64,000 nucleotides of DNA, taken from the NCBI GenBank assembly GCA_965655095.1, contig OZ296648.1, positions 40,300,001-40,364,000 of the forward strand, in the 5' to 3' direction. Below are positions 35,901 to 48,900 of this stretch, one piece after another (position 1 is the stretch's first letter; each line of letters begins with the position of its first letter). The notes beneath the pieces were generated by a model. That model saw nothing but the letters and a program-made list of their open reading frames with translations, was not told where the DNA came from and made no database searches. Source of the DNA: Haplodiscus bocki. Taxonomy: Eukaryota. Both the position numbers and the translations under genes were made by a program.

Positions 35901-38900
35901 GACGCCTAATATTTTCATGAAATTGGATGTTAGGCTTTTTATGGTTTTTATTATGCTCTTCAGAACCACCGTGGTGGATATTTAAACAAAGGAAATTAAT
36001 GACTAGAACATTATTGTTATTTAACAAAGAAAAATTAAATTATTTTATCTCAATAAAGTTGATTGAAATTCACAAACCTAAACATTAAACAAAGAACGAA
36101 GCTAATCTAGAAGCAACAAATAGACACTACTACCGTCGTAACTTCCTTTTTAGAATGGTAGCAAAGACAGTAAGTCGACCAGTTCAAGGCAACAAGGGAT
36201 CGGTTGCAGTTCGAATTTTTCTAGACGTTTTTTGTAGGTCTTCTCGTTGCTGTTTACTCCTTTTTGAGCCTTTTTTGGACAACTTTGAGCTCTCTGCTGC
36301 CTTCTCGTCGGTGCCTGGGCCTGGACGCCGTATACGAGGGTTGGAACAACTCAACTAGTATATGCTTTCGGGCGTCTATTAAGTCTGCATTTGTTCAAAA
36401 GGTTTCTCTTCACCTGTTGGAGGGTTTTGAATCTCTATTCGTTCCTTATTTGTAGCTATCTTCCAGGACGAGCTGCTTGCTAACAACAATCAAGCCAAAG
36501 TCTTTCTTGATTGGCTAAATTGCTACCTCTCTTACATGATGGAAACTTGCAGGTGGCCTTTGATGTCCAGCAAGTTGCAATTATGAACTATGAGAGCCCT
36601 TTTGTTCCGTCGGAAAAGCTTCGATGCCATTCGCACAATCCTTTAGTTCTGGTTTCGAGTTGGCTTTAATCTTGAAAGTATCCGCCAAAATTAGTACCCA
36701 CTTGTAGTCTTTCTGGAAGGTCTTTTACAAGGACCAAGTATTTTTGAGGGTGTGGAATGGAGCCTTGGAGAACCTCGTTGGCGAGAATGCTTACATTGAT
36801 TGCTTGGCCAGATATAGTAGATAGTTTTTCCCGGTCCAGATGAAAGAAAAAGAACTTTTTACAGCTTTCTTCTAATTTCTGAATCTTCAAGATTTTTTTT
36901 CGATCAGTCGTGTGGTACCTTGTCCAATGGTTTTTAAAAGTTTGGGTACAGAACACTAAGATCCTGGGAGGAACGTTCATCAAGGTTCATACACAGGCCG
37001 TCACAAAAAAAATTTCCAGTTGCAGAGTTGCAGATTTAACTACACCAAAAGCCTAATGAATTGGTTGGATTTTTTTTGCAGTAAGCTATCGAGCGGCTCG
37101 ATTATGATTTTATCAATCACTTTAGAGAGGTTACAGTGTAAGATGATTGGTTTGAAGAAATTGAAATCTGTTGGGTCGCAATCGTTATATACAAATGCCA
37201 CTCTTGTTCTTTTCCAAAGATCAGAGGACAGTCTTTTTTTGTTTTAAGCAGGAGAATGTAATCTGAGAGCAAATAAACCACTCAAATGTTTGCATTTTCT
37301 CAACTCGATGTTTGCCCCTTGGTATCACCCCAAAATCCAACATTGGTAATATTTGTCCAAGGGTTGGAAGAGTGTTTTTAAAATCCTAACTTGTTCGTTA
37401 CGACGCCTGATATTTTCATGAAATTGAATGTTAGGCTTTTTATGGTTTTTATTACGCTCTTCAGAACAACCGTGGTGGATATTTAAACAAACGAAATTAA
37501 TGACTAGAACCTTATTGTTATTTAACAAAGAAAAACGTAAAATATTTTATCCAAATAAAGTTGATTGAAATTCACAGACCTAAACATTATAAACAGAACG
37601 AAGCTAATCTAGAAGCAACCAATAGACACTACTACCGTCGTAACTTCCTTTTTAAAATGGTAGCAAAGACAGTAAGTCGACCAGTTCAAGGCAACAAGGG
37701 ATCGGTTGCAGTTCGAATTTTTCTAGACGTTTTTTGTAGGTCTTCTCGTTGCTGTTTACTCCTTTTTGAGCCTTTTTTGGACAACTTTGAGCTCTCTGCT
37801 GCCTTCTCGTCGGTGCCTGGGCCTGGACGCCGTATACGAGGGTTGGAACAACTCAACTAGTATATGCTTTCGGGCGTCTATTAAGTCTGCATTTGTTCAA
37901 AAGGTTTCTCTTCACCTGTTGGGGGGTTTTGAATCTCTATTCGTTCCTTATTTGTAGCTATCTTCCAGGACGAGCTGCTTGCTAACAACAATCAAGCCAA
38001 AGTCTTTCTTGATTGGCTAAATTGCTACCTCTCTTACATGATGGAAACTTGCAGGTGGCCTTTGATGTCCAGCAAGTTGCAATTATGAACTATGAGAGCC
38101 CTTTTGTTCCGTCGGAAAAGCTTCGATGCCATTCGCACAATCCTTTAGTTCTGGTTTCGAGTTGGCTTTAATCTTGAAAGTATCCGCCAAAATTAGTACC
38201 CACTTGTAGTCTTTCTGGAAGGTCTTTTACAAGGACCAAGAATTTTTGAGGGTGTGGAATGGAGCCTTGGAGAACCTCGTTGGCGAGAATGCTTACATTG
38301 ATTGCTTGGCCAGATATAGTAGATAGTTTGTCCCGGTCCAGATGAAAGAAAAAGAACTTTTTACAGCTTTCCTCTAATTTCTGAATCTTCAAGATTTTTT
38401 TTCGATCAGTCGTGTGGTACCTTGTCCAATGGTTTCTAAAAGTTTGGGTACAGAACACTAAGTTCCTGGGAGGAACGTTCATCAAGGTTCATACACAGGC
38501 CGTCACAAAAAAAAGTTTCCAGTTGCAGAGTTGCAGATTTAACTACACCAAAAGCCTAATGAAATGGTTGGACTTTTCTTGCAGTAAGCTATCGAGCGGC
38601 TCGATTATGATTTTATCAATCACTTTAGAGAGGTTACAGTGTAAGCTGATTGGTTTTAAGAAATTGAAATCCGTTGGGTCGCAATCGTTGTATACAAATG
38701 CCACTCTTGTTCTTTTCCAAAAACCAGAGGACAGTCTCCTTTTGTTTTGAGCAGGAGAATGTAATCTGAGAGCAAATAAACCACTCAAATGTTTGCATTT
38801 TCTGGACTCGATGTTTGCCCCTTGGTATCACCCCAAAATCCAACATTGGTAATATTTGTCCAAGGGTTGGAAGAGTGTTTTTAAAATCCTACTTTGTTCG

Positions 38901-39180
38901 TTACGACACCTAATATTTTCATGAAATTGAATGTTAGGCTTTTTATGGTTTTTATTACGCTCTTCAGAACAACCGTGGTGGATATTTAAACAAACGAAAT
39001 TAATGACTAGAACATTATTGTTATTTAATAAAGAAGAACGTAAGATATTTTTATCAAATTAAAGTTGATTGGAATTCACAGACCTAAACATTATAAACAG
39101 AACGAAGCTAATCTAGAAGCAACCAATAGACACTACTACCGTCCTAACTTTCTTTTTAAAATGGTACCAAAGACAGTAAG
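29910..39180 (-). repeat. Tandem array of 1.5-kb LINE-derived units (6 full plus start of a 7th)
   Basis: Unit starts at 29910, 31410, 32911, 34411, 35912, 37413, 38916. Minus strand carries decayed CR1/L2-like ORF2 motifs: FKPISLQCN.PKVIDKII, EVLQGSIPHP..FLV.VKDLP, GGYLQD, KDFGLIV, VVPTPVYGVQA, LEKFELQPI..CLEL. Confidence 0.95.
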
Positions 39181-39201
39181 GGTTAAAATGGTACCAAAGA
39201 C

Positions 39202-41095
39202 TTATCAAACAACCTGAAGCCCTGCAAACATGAACTTCAGAAGTTGAATCACACTTAACGAAAGTTTTTAACACACTGAGGAGAATCAAGAAGAATTTCC
39301 TTGTGTCTTCTAAACTGAACAAAAGAAGAGGGACGGCGTTTCGGAAGCTAATTGTTCGAAAACTTTTGCGCGATTTCGAATCGGACGTTTTCCACAACCA
39401 ACGTTGGAGTGCATTCCAGAAATACCTAGCAAGCATAAAAAGCACGCGTTAATTTCAAGCAACTAACGGTGATGAGTGTTTTTGAAAGGCTTTTTTGAAG
39501 TAAAAAAACTTTGATTGGCAATTAGACCGATTTAAAACAGCCAGTAGTTACGGCGGGCATTTAGTTTGAAGGATACGGAAATTCAAAACTCGCTGCCAGG
39601 TTTGAGATATTCGATCCAACAGAATGTCGATGCAGGGAGCGAAACTTGCAATGGTTTCATCCGAATGTCCTCAACAAGGAGGAATCGCTTGGTGGGGCTT
39701 CTGACGGATGCAATGCAGCCCTTATTTTTGTCGAAGTTTACGCTCGATTGTGTCGATAAAAACAACAACTGACGATCTTAGGCAGTTTCAAGCCTCGAGG
39801 ATTGCGATGTTGAATGTTGAATTGAAAATTCTTCATTTTTAAACATTTCCAGTAGGAATAAACTGAGGATTAGGATCGATATGGAATATTTCCAGAAGTT
39901 GTTCAGTGTAAATCAAACCAGAATGTCCATGAAATTCAATACCAAATAGAAGTTTCAGCTGGTTCGACCTGAGAGAACTCATAAGTTTTGGTCAAAAACC
40001 TGGAAACTGCTTTCGTTTTCAAAAGAGCCTTGAGATAGCGAGTTGGGTTTGATAGGGGAATGAAGCACCATGCATTTGCTTTGGGAGAACTATTTCGAAA
40101 ATTGGTAACAATGAGTAGTATGCCAGTTTTTACTTGTGTGGCCTTCAAAGATGTCAACCCAATGATTGGTCTCGCCAATTTTTTGATAGGCTTTTTCCAC
40201 AACTCGAAGCGGTTGTGCTACTGCATGGAATCAATTCGGTAAAGTTATCGTAAAACAAAAGTTTTTATCGTCAAACGGTATTTTTAAATCGCAGTTTCTG
40301 GAAGACTCGGCCTATCGTTAATCCAATAGGCAGACCAACATTTAGTTTTGAGTGTTGAGTTACCTTCCAGGGGTCGAAACTTGTCAACTGAGACTTTCAT
40401 TGAAAATTTTTGAGCCTTAGTTTTGGTGGAATATGTTTTCCACCGAAAGGGAGAAGAGAAAAATAAAACCTAATTGTTAGGTTTCAGACTGTAAGAACTA
40501 CGCAAAAACTGATCCGGTTTTAGCTCAAGCTTTCTTGCTAGTAAAAAGTTCCGAAAGACTACCTTAAAAACGTTCGAAGTTTAGGTTTATTGTTTACTGA
40601 GTACCTGCCCGGGAATTTGTTTCTCTTTTTAATATTTTTATTATAAAGTCGCGAAAAAGTTTCAGCTCGTTCATTTATTTTGGATTATGTTGAAAAATAG
40701 GCCAGACTATTCAATTGAGGTCAAAGACTCAATCTGAAGTCGTGATACCACTGGAATGAAAAGAACATTTCAAGTTAAGAATGTTGAAGGTTCTGTTATT
40801 CTTAAAATATCTTCTACTTGTCAAAGTATCAGAGTAGCATTTTACGTGGGAAAAAGCCTGGTGGAAGCAGAGATCGAAGCCAAGTTTTTTTATGGACTGA
40901 ATGCCAATGATCACTGAACCAAAGAGCCAAGGAACCAGGCAATGAAGACGATGAAAGTAAGCGGAATTTTACTGGAGAAGGTAACGTAGAAATGGCAAAT
41001 GCGCGGAGCAAAAAGTCTAAGTCCTGAGGAAGTGACGTTTTCGCTTCATATTCGGCGACGAAAAGTTACAAAAGAACCCAGGTAAACCTCAGGTT
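39202..41095. repeat. 1.9-kb duplicated segment, copy inserted in the array
   Basis: Near-identical to 43583-45476 at offset 4381 (ORFs 39566/43947, 39936/44317, 40729/45110). Confidence 0.97.
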
Positions 41096-41828
41096 TTAAT
41101 CTTGAAAGTATCCGCCAAAATTAGTACCCACTTGTAGTCTTTCTGGAAGGTCTTTTACAAAGACCAATATTTTTGAGGGTGTAGAATGGAGCCTTGGAGA
41201 ACCTCGTTGGTGAAAATGATTACATTGATTGCTTGGCCAGATATAGTAAATAGTTTTTCCCGGTCCAGATGTATGAAAAAAACTTTTTACAGCTTTCCTC
41301 TAATTTCAGAATCTTCAAGGTTTTTTTTCGATCAGTCGTGTGGTACCTTGTCCAATGGTTTTTAAAATTCGGGTACAGAACACAAAGTTCCTGTGAGGAA
41401 CGTTCATCAAGGACACAGGCCGTCACAAAAAAAAGTTTCCAGTTGTAGAGTTGCAGACTTAATAACACCAAAAGCTTAATGAATTGGTTGGATTTTTTTG
41501 CAGTAAGCTATGGAGCGGCTCGATTATGATTTTATCAATCACTTTAGAGAGGTTGCAGTGTAAGCTGATTGGTTTGAAGAAATTGAATTCCGTTGGGTTG
41601 CAATCGTTATATACAAATGCCACTCTTGTTCTCTTCCAAAAATCAGAGGACGGTCTTCTTTTGTTTTAAGCAGGAGAATGTAATCTGAGAGCAAATAAAC
41701 CACTCAAATGTTTGCCTTTTCTCGACTCGATGTTTGGCTCTTGGTATCACCCCAAAATCCAACATTGGTAATATTTGTCCAAGGGTTGAAAGAGTGTTTT
41801 TAAAATCCTAACTTGTTCATTACGACGC
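41092..41828 (-). repeat. Second half of the 7th 1.5-kb unit
   Basis: Resumes at unit offset about 751 (ggttttaatcttgaaagtatcc) and ends at the unit boundary (ttacgacgc). Confidence 0.93.
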
Positions 41829-41834
41829 TTAGGG

Positions 41835-42200
41835 TGCAGATTTGACAACCTCGTCAGAAAACTTTTGAAGGAAAGCGGAGATTTGTCACCGAATGTCCGA
41901 AAATTTTTTTCTCAACAAAAAACGATCCTATAAACACGTAGAATGCAGTTTTGACAACCCGTCCGAAACGTTTTGCCCGAAGGCCAAAAGTTTTACGGTC
42001 AAAGTCTGAAAAGAACCCTGAAATTTTTTTCCTCAGAAAAATTACAGCAGTTTGCCGTAGAATTCAAGTGATTTTGGAAGACTTCTCAAGTAAGTACCCA
42101 AAATAAAAAAAAGAATTGTGTTTTTTGAAAAATGGTGAAGGTGGCAAAACGGCTGTTCTTTTCAATTGTTATCTTGTTATTTTTTTCAAGGTTTTGCGGA
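41835..42200 (+). repeat. Fragment of an interspersed repeat
   Basis: Internal repetition of tgcag.tttgacaacc..gtc.gaaa; downstream tttgccgtagaat motif resembles the internal repeats at 55089-55370. Confidence 0.4.
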
Positions 42201-42249
42201 AGTAAAGGATGTTTCAAATGTCCAGAAAATAAAAGGTTGATGAAATTTT

Positions 42250-42650
42250 TCTCGATGAAAAATACGCTTTAGGCTTTCTCACAGGCATCTCCAACAACTT
42301 CCGAGGGCACAAGAAATCTGCGTGGTAGCCGAGTGTCTCGTTGATTACCGTTTTGTCGAGCAGTTTCAGGGATAAACTTGGAGTTCCAGTGCAGTTTTGG
42401 AGGATCGCGTTTCCGTTTCCATCTGGCACGTTTGCTTTGTTTCCTTCGAGTTTTGACAGTCTCAGAACGACTTCTTTTCCTGTTGTTTTCATAATTATCA
42501 GCTTTCTCTCACTGGGTACCTCTGTTGGTTGTTCGTTGTTTGCGCTTTTGTTTGAAATCTTTGCAAAATAGCTGTCAATTGCATTGGATTTTTCTCCTTC
42601 GCTCGAACATTTATCCCCTTCGTGGCTCAAGGTTAGAAGTAACAACACCG
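42250..42650 (-). mobile_element. LINE ORF2 fragment (start of RT region)
   Basis: EKSNAIDSYFA...LSKLEGNKANVPDGNGNAILQNC..SLSLKLL resembles the KA.GPDGI.N..LK.C motif. Confidence 0.75.
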
Positions 42651-42999
42651 TTAAACTAAAACTAAGTGTCCTTCACGTTTGCATTTTTTGTGTTCGAATA
42701 GAACAGCCACGAAAAAAGTACAGAAAAACGCACTTTGCGTCGAGCAAGCCCAATCTACTGTCAGTGAGCTTCAACTCCAATTGCAGTAACTGAGTGACAA
42801 GCTTCTCTAGCACGTCGCTAGTTTAACGGCTGCCATAAAAAGTAAGTTGGAAGGCTGGAACACACGGTAGACGAAAAAAGCTTCCTCTTGCACGACATGA
42901 TTGGCATCAGTTAAGAAAGGAAAAGTGATCAAAATTCCACCGGTAAAATGCAACCAAATGATTCCGACACCCGAGCAAAAGGGTAACCAATTACACAGT

Positions 43000-44900
43000 A
43001 GGAACTCCCGATGATAAATTCCAACGCCTGAAGCAGACTCTCTGTGACAACCTCTGAAGGACTCAAAAAATGGTGCTCAACCGACTTTCAAAAGTCTTGA
43101 AATTCAACGAACTGAAGGTACTTCAGGAAATCAAATTCACTGTCACCACAGAGGGTCTAACTTCGCTCAGATATTCTGGAAAAAAACATCTGCCGTGTGC
43201 CCCTGTGAAACTTTTGTTGTGGAAACCTTGGTAGAAACTGGTGTCGTGATTATCCTCCCAGACAGAAAAAACAATTGGACGCGTTTTTCAATGCTGCCCA
43301 GCAAAAATTAATTAGAGCTATAGAAAAAAATAAAGTAACTGTCAATTGGGGATAAGAAAATTTGCTGCACTTCGCAAGGCATCCAAAGTTTTCTGCTGCA
43401 TTACCAAGAAATGATTTCAGGACAACAATCACAAGTTCGTTTTGAAAAGCGAACACTGTGAAGCAGCGAATGCCGACATAGTTGAGAGCTGTTTCAGTCT
43501 CTTTGCTATAGCAATTTGAAGTTACTGCTCGAGCAAAAGTATAAATGGTTCCGGCAGAAAATCAAAACTTACATCAGGAATGTTATCAAACAACCTGAAG
43601 CCCTGCAAACATGAACTTCAAAATTTGAATCACACACAACGAAATTTTTTAACACACTGAGGAGAAACAAGAAGAATTTCATTGTGTCTTCTAAACTGAA
43701 AAAAAGAAGAGGGACGGCGTTTCGGAAGCTAATTGTTCGAAAACTTTTGCGCGATTTCGATTCGGACGAGTTCCACAACCAACATTGGAGTGCATTCCAG
43801 AAATACCTAGCAAGCATAAAAAGCACGCGTTAATTTCAAGCAACTAACGGTGATGAGTGTTTTTGAAAGGCTTTTTTGAAGTAAAAAACTTTTGATTGGC
43901 AATTAGACCGATTTAAAACAGCCAGTAGTTACGGCGGGCATTTAGTTTGAAGGATACGGAAATTCAAAACTTGCTGCCAGGTTTGAGATATTCGATCCAA
44001 CAGAATGTCGATGCAGGGAGCGAAACTTGCAATGGTTTCATCCGAATGTCCTCAACAAGGAGGAATCGCTTGGTGGGGCTTCTGACGGATGCAATGCAGC
44101 CCTTATTTTTGTCGAAGTTTACGCTCGATTGTGTCGATAAAAACAACAACTGACGATCTTAGGCAGTTTCAAGCCTCGAGGATTGCGATGTTGAATGTTG
44201 AATTGAAAATTCTTCATTTTTAAACATTTCCAGTAGGAATAAACTGAGGATTAGGATCGATATGGAATATTTCCAGAAGTTGTTCAGTGTAAATCAAACC
44301 AGAATGTCCATGAAATTCAATACCAAATAGAAGTTTCAGCTGGTTCGACCTGAGAGAACTCATAAGTTTTGGTCAAAAACCTGGAAACTGCTTTCGTTTT
44401 CAAAAGAGCCTTGAGATAGCGAGTTGGGTTTGATAGGGGAATGAAGCACCATGCATTTGCTTTGGGAGAACTATTTCGAAAATTGGTAACAATGAGTAGT
44501 ATGCCAGTTTTTACTTGTGTGGCCTTCAAAGATGTCAACCCAATGATTGGTCTCGCCAATTTTTTGATAGGCTTTTTCCACAACTCAAAGCGGTTGTGCT
44601 ACTGCATGGAATCAATTCGGTAAAGTTATCGTAAAACAAAAGTTTTTATCGTCAAACGGTATTTTTAAATCGCAGTTTCTGGAAGACTCGGCCTATCGTT
44701 AATCCAATAGGCAGACCAACATTTAGTTTTGAGTGTTGAGTTACCTTCCAGGGGTCGAAACTTGTCAACTGAGACTTTCATTGAAAATTTTTGAGCCTTA
44801 GTTTTGGTGGAATATGTTTTCCACCGAAAGGGAGAAGAGAAAAATAAAACCTAATTGTTAGGTTTCAGACTGTAAGAACTACGCAAAAACTGATCCGGTT
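43000..44900 (+). mobile_element. Highly decayed LINE ORF2-like remnant
   Basis: Weak motifs only (NQTRMSMKFNTK, MPVFTC); boundaries uncertain. Confidence 0.35.
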
Positions 44901-45476
44901 TTAGCTCAAGCTTTGTTGTTAGTAAAAAGTTCCGAAAGACTACCTTAAAAACGTTCGAAGTTTAGGTTTATTGTTTACTGAGTACCTGCCCGGGAATTTG
45001 TTTCTCTTTTTAATATTTTTATTATAAAGTCGCGAAAAAGTTTCAGCTCGTTCATTTATTTTGGATTATGTTGAAAAATAGGCCAGACTATTCAATTGAG
45101 GTCAAAGACTCAATCTGAAGTCGTGATACCACTGGAATGAAAAGAACATTTCAAGTTAAGAATGTTGAAGGTTCTGGTGTTCTTAAAATATCTTCTACTT
45201 GTCAAAGTATCAGAGTAGCATTTTACGTGGGAAAAAGCCTGGTGGAAACAGAGATCGAAGCCAAGTTTTTTTATGGACTGAATGCCAATGATCACTGAAC
45301 CAAAGAGCCAAGGAACCAGGCAATGAAGACGATGAAAGTAAGCGGAATTTTACTGGAGAAGGTAACGTAGAATTGGCAAATGCGCGGAGCAAAAAGTCTA
45401 AGTCCTGAGGAAGTGACGTTTTCACTTCATATTCGGCGACAAAAAGTTTCAAAAAAACACAAGTAAACCTCCGGTT
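43583..45476. repeat. 1.9-kb duplicated segment, probable donor copy
   Basis: Same sequence as 39202-41095 but continuous with non-array flanks. Confidence 0.95.
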
Positions 45477-47399
45477 GAGGGGAAAAAAGACAAATTTAGA
45501 AGAAAATGTTTCCATTTTTTTGTTGCACACCTTTACTTTCTACAAATTTGGCCTTGAAGAGGAGTTTTTGACGGTGTTTTTTTACTGTCTTCACAGAGAT
45601 CTTTTGACTTCCCTCCGGCACTCATTGTGGGGCAGACACCTCTGAGCTAGACAAAAAACACCCTTAACAACCACGTTTTTTTTGCAATTGGAAGGAATGG
45701 CAGCTTGTTGGGATAATGTAGGCAAGCAATGCAGTTGTAAAAGTGGAGCTAATCAGTTAGTCGGGTGTAGGGAGAAGGGGGCCTCAGAGGTATCCAAGGT
45801 GGAGGAGGAAGTATTGCGAAGGTCGATTGCCGGGAAAGCAGCTCAACAAAGCCGAGAGCTTTGATTTGTCTTTGGGTTATGTAGAAGTCGTTCTTTGGAT
45901 GCCAACGATTTCGCTGTTTTGCGCATAATCAAAGTGTCTTCAGCAACGGTTGAGCGTAGATGAGGTTAATGGTTCAAGTAATTTTTTGGGATATTCTGGG
46001 TTTGCAATTTAAAAACTTTTGGAACCACAATTGTTGACTCATTTCTGCTGGTGTGGGACTTTTTCCGGAGGAAGCTTTTTCCAGCATTTCCACGGTGCCA
46101 GCCGCCGAGCAAAAGTTAATACACTGTGCGGCACGAACAACTAAGTCTGCGGTTAGTTTTCACGTTCGCGGTCAGTTATTACGCCTGCAGATACTTAGTT
46201 AATATTTCAAAGTATGTTTGCATTTTTATTTCGGTGGAAGTTTCCGGTAAAACGTCTTGTTATGCCTGCTTTGATCTTGTTCGTGCGTCTTGTGGTTTGT
46301 GTTTTCGTACTTGTTATAGTGTACTATAGGTCTATCAAGACAAACAAAATGGTTTGATAGTTCCTTGACCTAAACTCCTTGTATGCCAGTGTTTGAAGAT
46401 GGAGTTAACTGGCTAATTTTTGAAACTGCGACATGTTTAGTCGACGAAGCATCAGTTTTCTTGAAGTAAGATAATTGACATTACCCATCGCGTGTCTTGT
46501 TCTAATGATCACCATTAACAGTGCTGATTTTTGGGCTACATGACGAAAGTATAACAGTCATTCGCTAAAAGTAGCATGATTATTCTACAAATTAGAAGAT
46601 ATTTGTCATCAACAAAAGTGACAAGTTTGGAGTTACAGATCTGGAAAACAAAAAGTAGTTGTCAATTCGTCAATTAAAAGAGCCTAAAGTGCGTTTTCTT
46701 GTCGTCGATGTTGCTTCCTTATCATATCTGCTCAGCTACTTCTACAGGTCTTTACTTGTTTATTATGAATGAGTACGGCAAGAATTAGTCCATGCTTTAA
46801 ACTATGGCATTATAGCTGAATTTTTACAGCGAAGAGTCACTAAAGTTGAAAAAAAATTTCAGTTCAAGGAAACAAAAGAACAAAGTTTTCAATTTCGCGG
46901 GAACTAATTGCAGTTTTGAGGATTCTGGCGAACAAATTTTGCTTTAAGTGTTTTCTTCAAGTTGTTTGGACAAATCATGGAATTTTGAGTCGAGCAGAGT
47001 AACAAAAACTTTTTGGATTCTCTGAGTTCTTCAAAAATATCTTGTAGGTTTCCGTTCGAATGATTTTAATCTATACATTTAAGACAATCGACAAAGTTTT
47101 TCTGTCGATCTTTTACAGAACTGATTGTTTTTGATAAAAATTCAATTGTGGGCAAGCTTCAGATAAAAGTAGTTTCACGTGAATTTTTTCTCCATGCAAT
47201 ATCTGTCCCTTTTTTAATAAAATCTTTCCACTTGATGATTTTTCTCAAACAGGTTCTCATCTTGTCAGAGGAACTCGATCCGCTTGACTAGTGCTCCCAG
47301 GCAGATTTACCCTAATGGAGAATACGTATAGTTTGATTATTAACTTTTTCTGAAAATCAGATGTCGACCTTGAAAAATTTGACAGTTGTTTTTTTTCAG

Positions 47400-48900
47400 T
47401 TATGCGAAGCAGTTTTTTCAATGATTTTACCATATGGAGTCAAATTTTTTCGAGTAACACTTGTTGGGCGATTGTTTCTTTTGTTTTGCAACAGTTAAGT
47501 AACAGGAACCTTAACGATGGTTTCACACTAATCTATTAATGTCTTGAAAATGAAACGAGTTGGCTGAACCGCGACGAAAAATTTATTTCTCGACAATCTC
47601 CCATATTGGACTCCTTTACTTGATTGTTTTTCTCCAAGGACTGTTGAATTTGGTCTCCGTCCCTTTCGTTGAACCTTTTGATAAATGTTGAAAAAGTGAT
47701 ACTCCTTTGAGGGGTTGAGTTTAATCTCCTGCAAGTAAAAATTAAAGTGGGTCCCGCAAGCACTTTTTGCCTCAGTCCTTCTGTAGGTGCTTTTTCTTGT
47801 CTGGATTCTGCTTTTTGACCAGGAAAGCAACATTTTGCGCTAATTCAGAGTTTTTTGGTGCATTTCCAATCTTCAGTAATGTGATTTGAGTTTTGTCCGT
47901 TTTGTTTTGCCTGAAAAATTATAAGTGAACTCATGGTCATTATGCAGTCCAATCAAACTGGACAAAGTGACGGTAATTTATGAAGTCAGAAAATGATGTC
48001 CTTCAATTTTAGTGCTGGATCATTTTGTTTTTTTTTTGGTTTTTTTGCTCGTTGAAGGTGTCTGTTTACCAGAAAAAGGAAGCAATTGTGAAATTTAGAG
48101 ACTTGTTTATTGGTAATCACTTCAGTTTTTACCGAATTTTCCTGTCTTTTCCCTTTTGTCGTTGAAACACATTTTCATGGAAAGAACAACGATGCGTTCG
48201 ATACACGATATTGTCACTGTAACTTGAAAATTGTTAGCTTCCATTTGTAACTGGAACCATGTTCCTCTATCGTCACTCCCGGAGAAGCTGGAAAAAAATT
48301 TGAATTCTGACTGCACAGTCAAAGGATTTTTTACAGCTATAGTCTTTCAAGTCTGACCGTGTCGGTTCATCAAGCTAGTAGGACGTTTCGTGTTCTTTCA
48401 AGCGAATCATTTCGAAATCAGGATTTTTTGGAGTATTCAACTCTGCTTTAGTTATTTTGACTGCTGTTATTTTGAAAGCAACGCCAACTTTTCTTTCGAG
48501 TTTTGCAAAAAAGCCTTTGTTTATTTCTGCAGATCATCATTCAAATTGTCTCTCTCCTGAAATTTCATAGATTTCAAACCACCAACTGAGATACTTTTCT
48601 TAGTCTGACTTGAGTTATCATATAACGCGATGAATCGTATGAAAGATTTGTTTTTCAGGCTGAGTGACTTGCTGTTCATGTATCACTTGGTTGATTGTTG
48701 CTACAATCTGCTCAAATTCAGCAACAATGGAAGCTTGTGTAAAAGAGGGCAACTAATTCTTTGTTGGAAGCAGCTCGAAACATTAAACAACATTTTGAAC
48801 GGCTTGACTGAAGTTCAAGTGTCGTTGGAAACAATTATTCAAGAAACAAACCAAGAAACAAATCCAGAAACTTCCACATCAGAGAATTCAAGCCATGTAG
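47400..48900 (-). mobile_element. Highly decayed LINE ORF1/endonuclease-like remnant
   Basis: Weak motifs (GTWFQ resembling ETWL; MGDC); coding-like composition on the minus strand. Confidence 0.3.

Noticed and set aside
30153-38750. Repeated plus-strand ORFs (MVAKTVSRP..., MSLFWTT..., MVGFFCSK...) as a tandem gene family
   Set aside because: Antisense by-products of the LINE-derived unit; short and not open in all copies.
41829-41834. TTAGGG at the array end as telomere healing
   Set aside because: A single hexamer, expected by chance.
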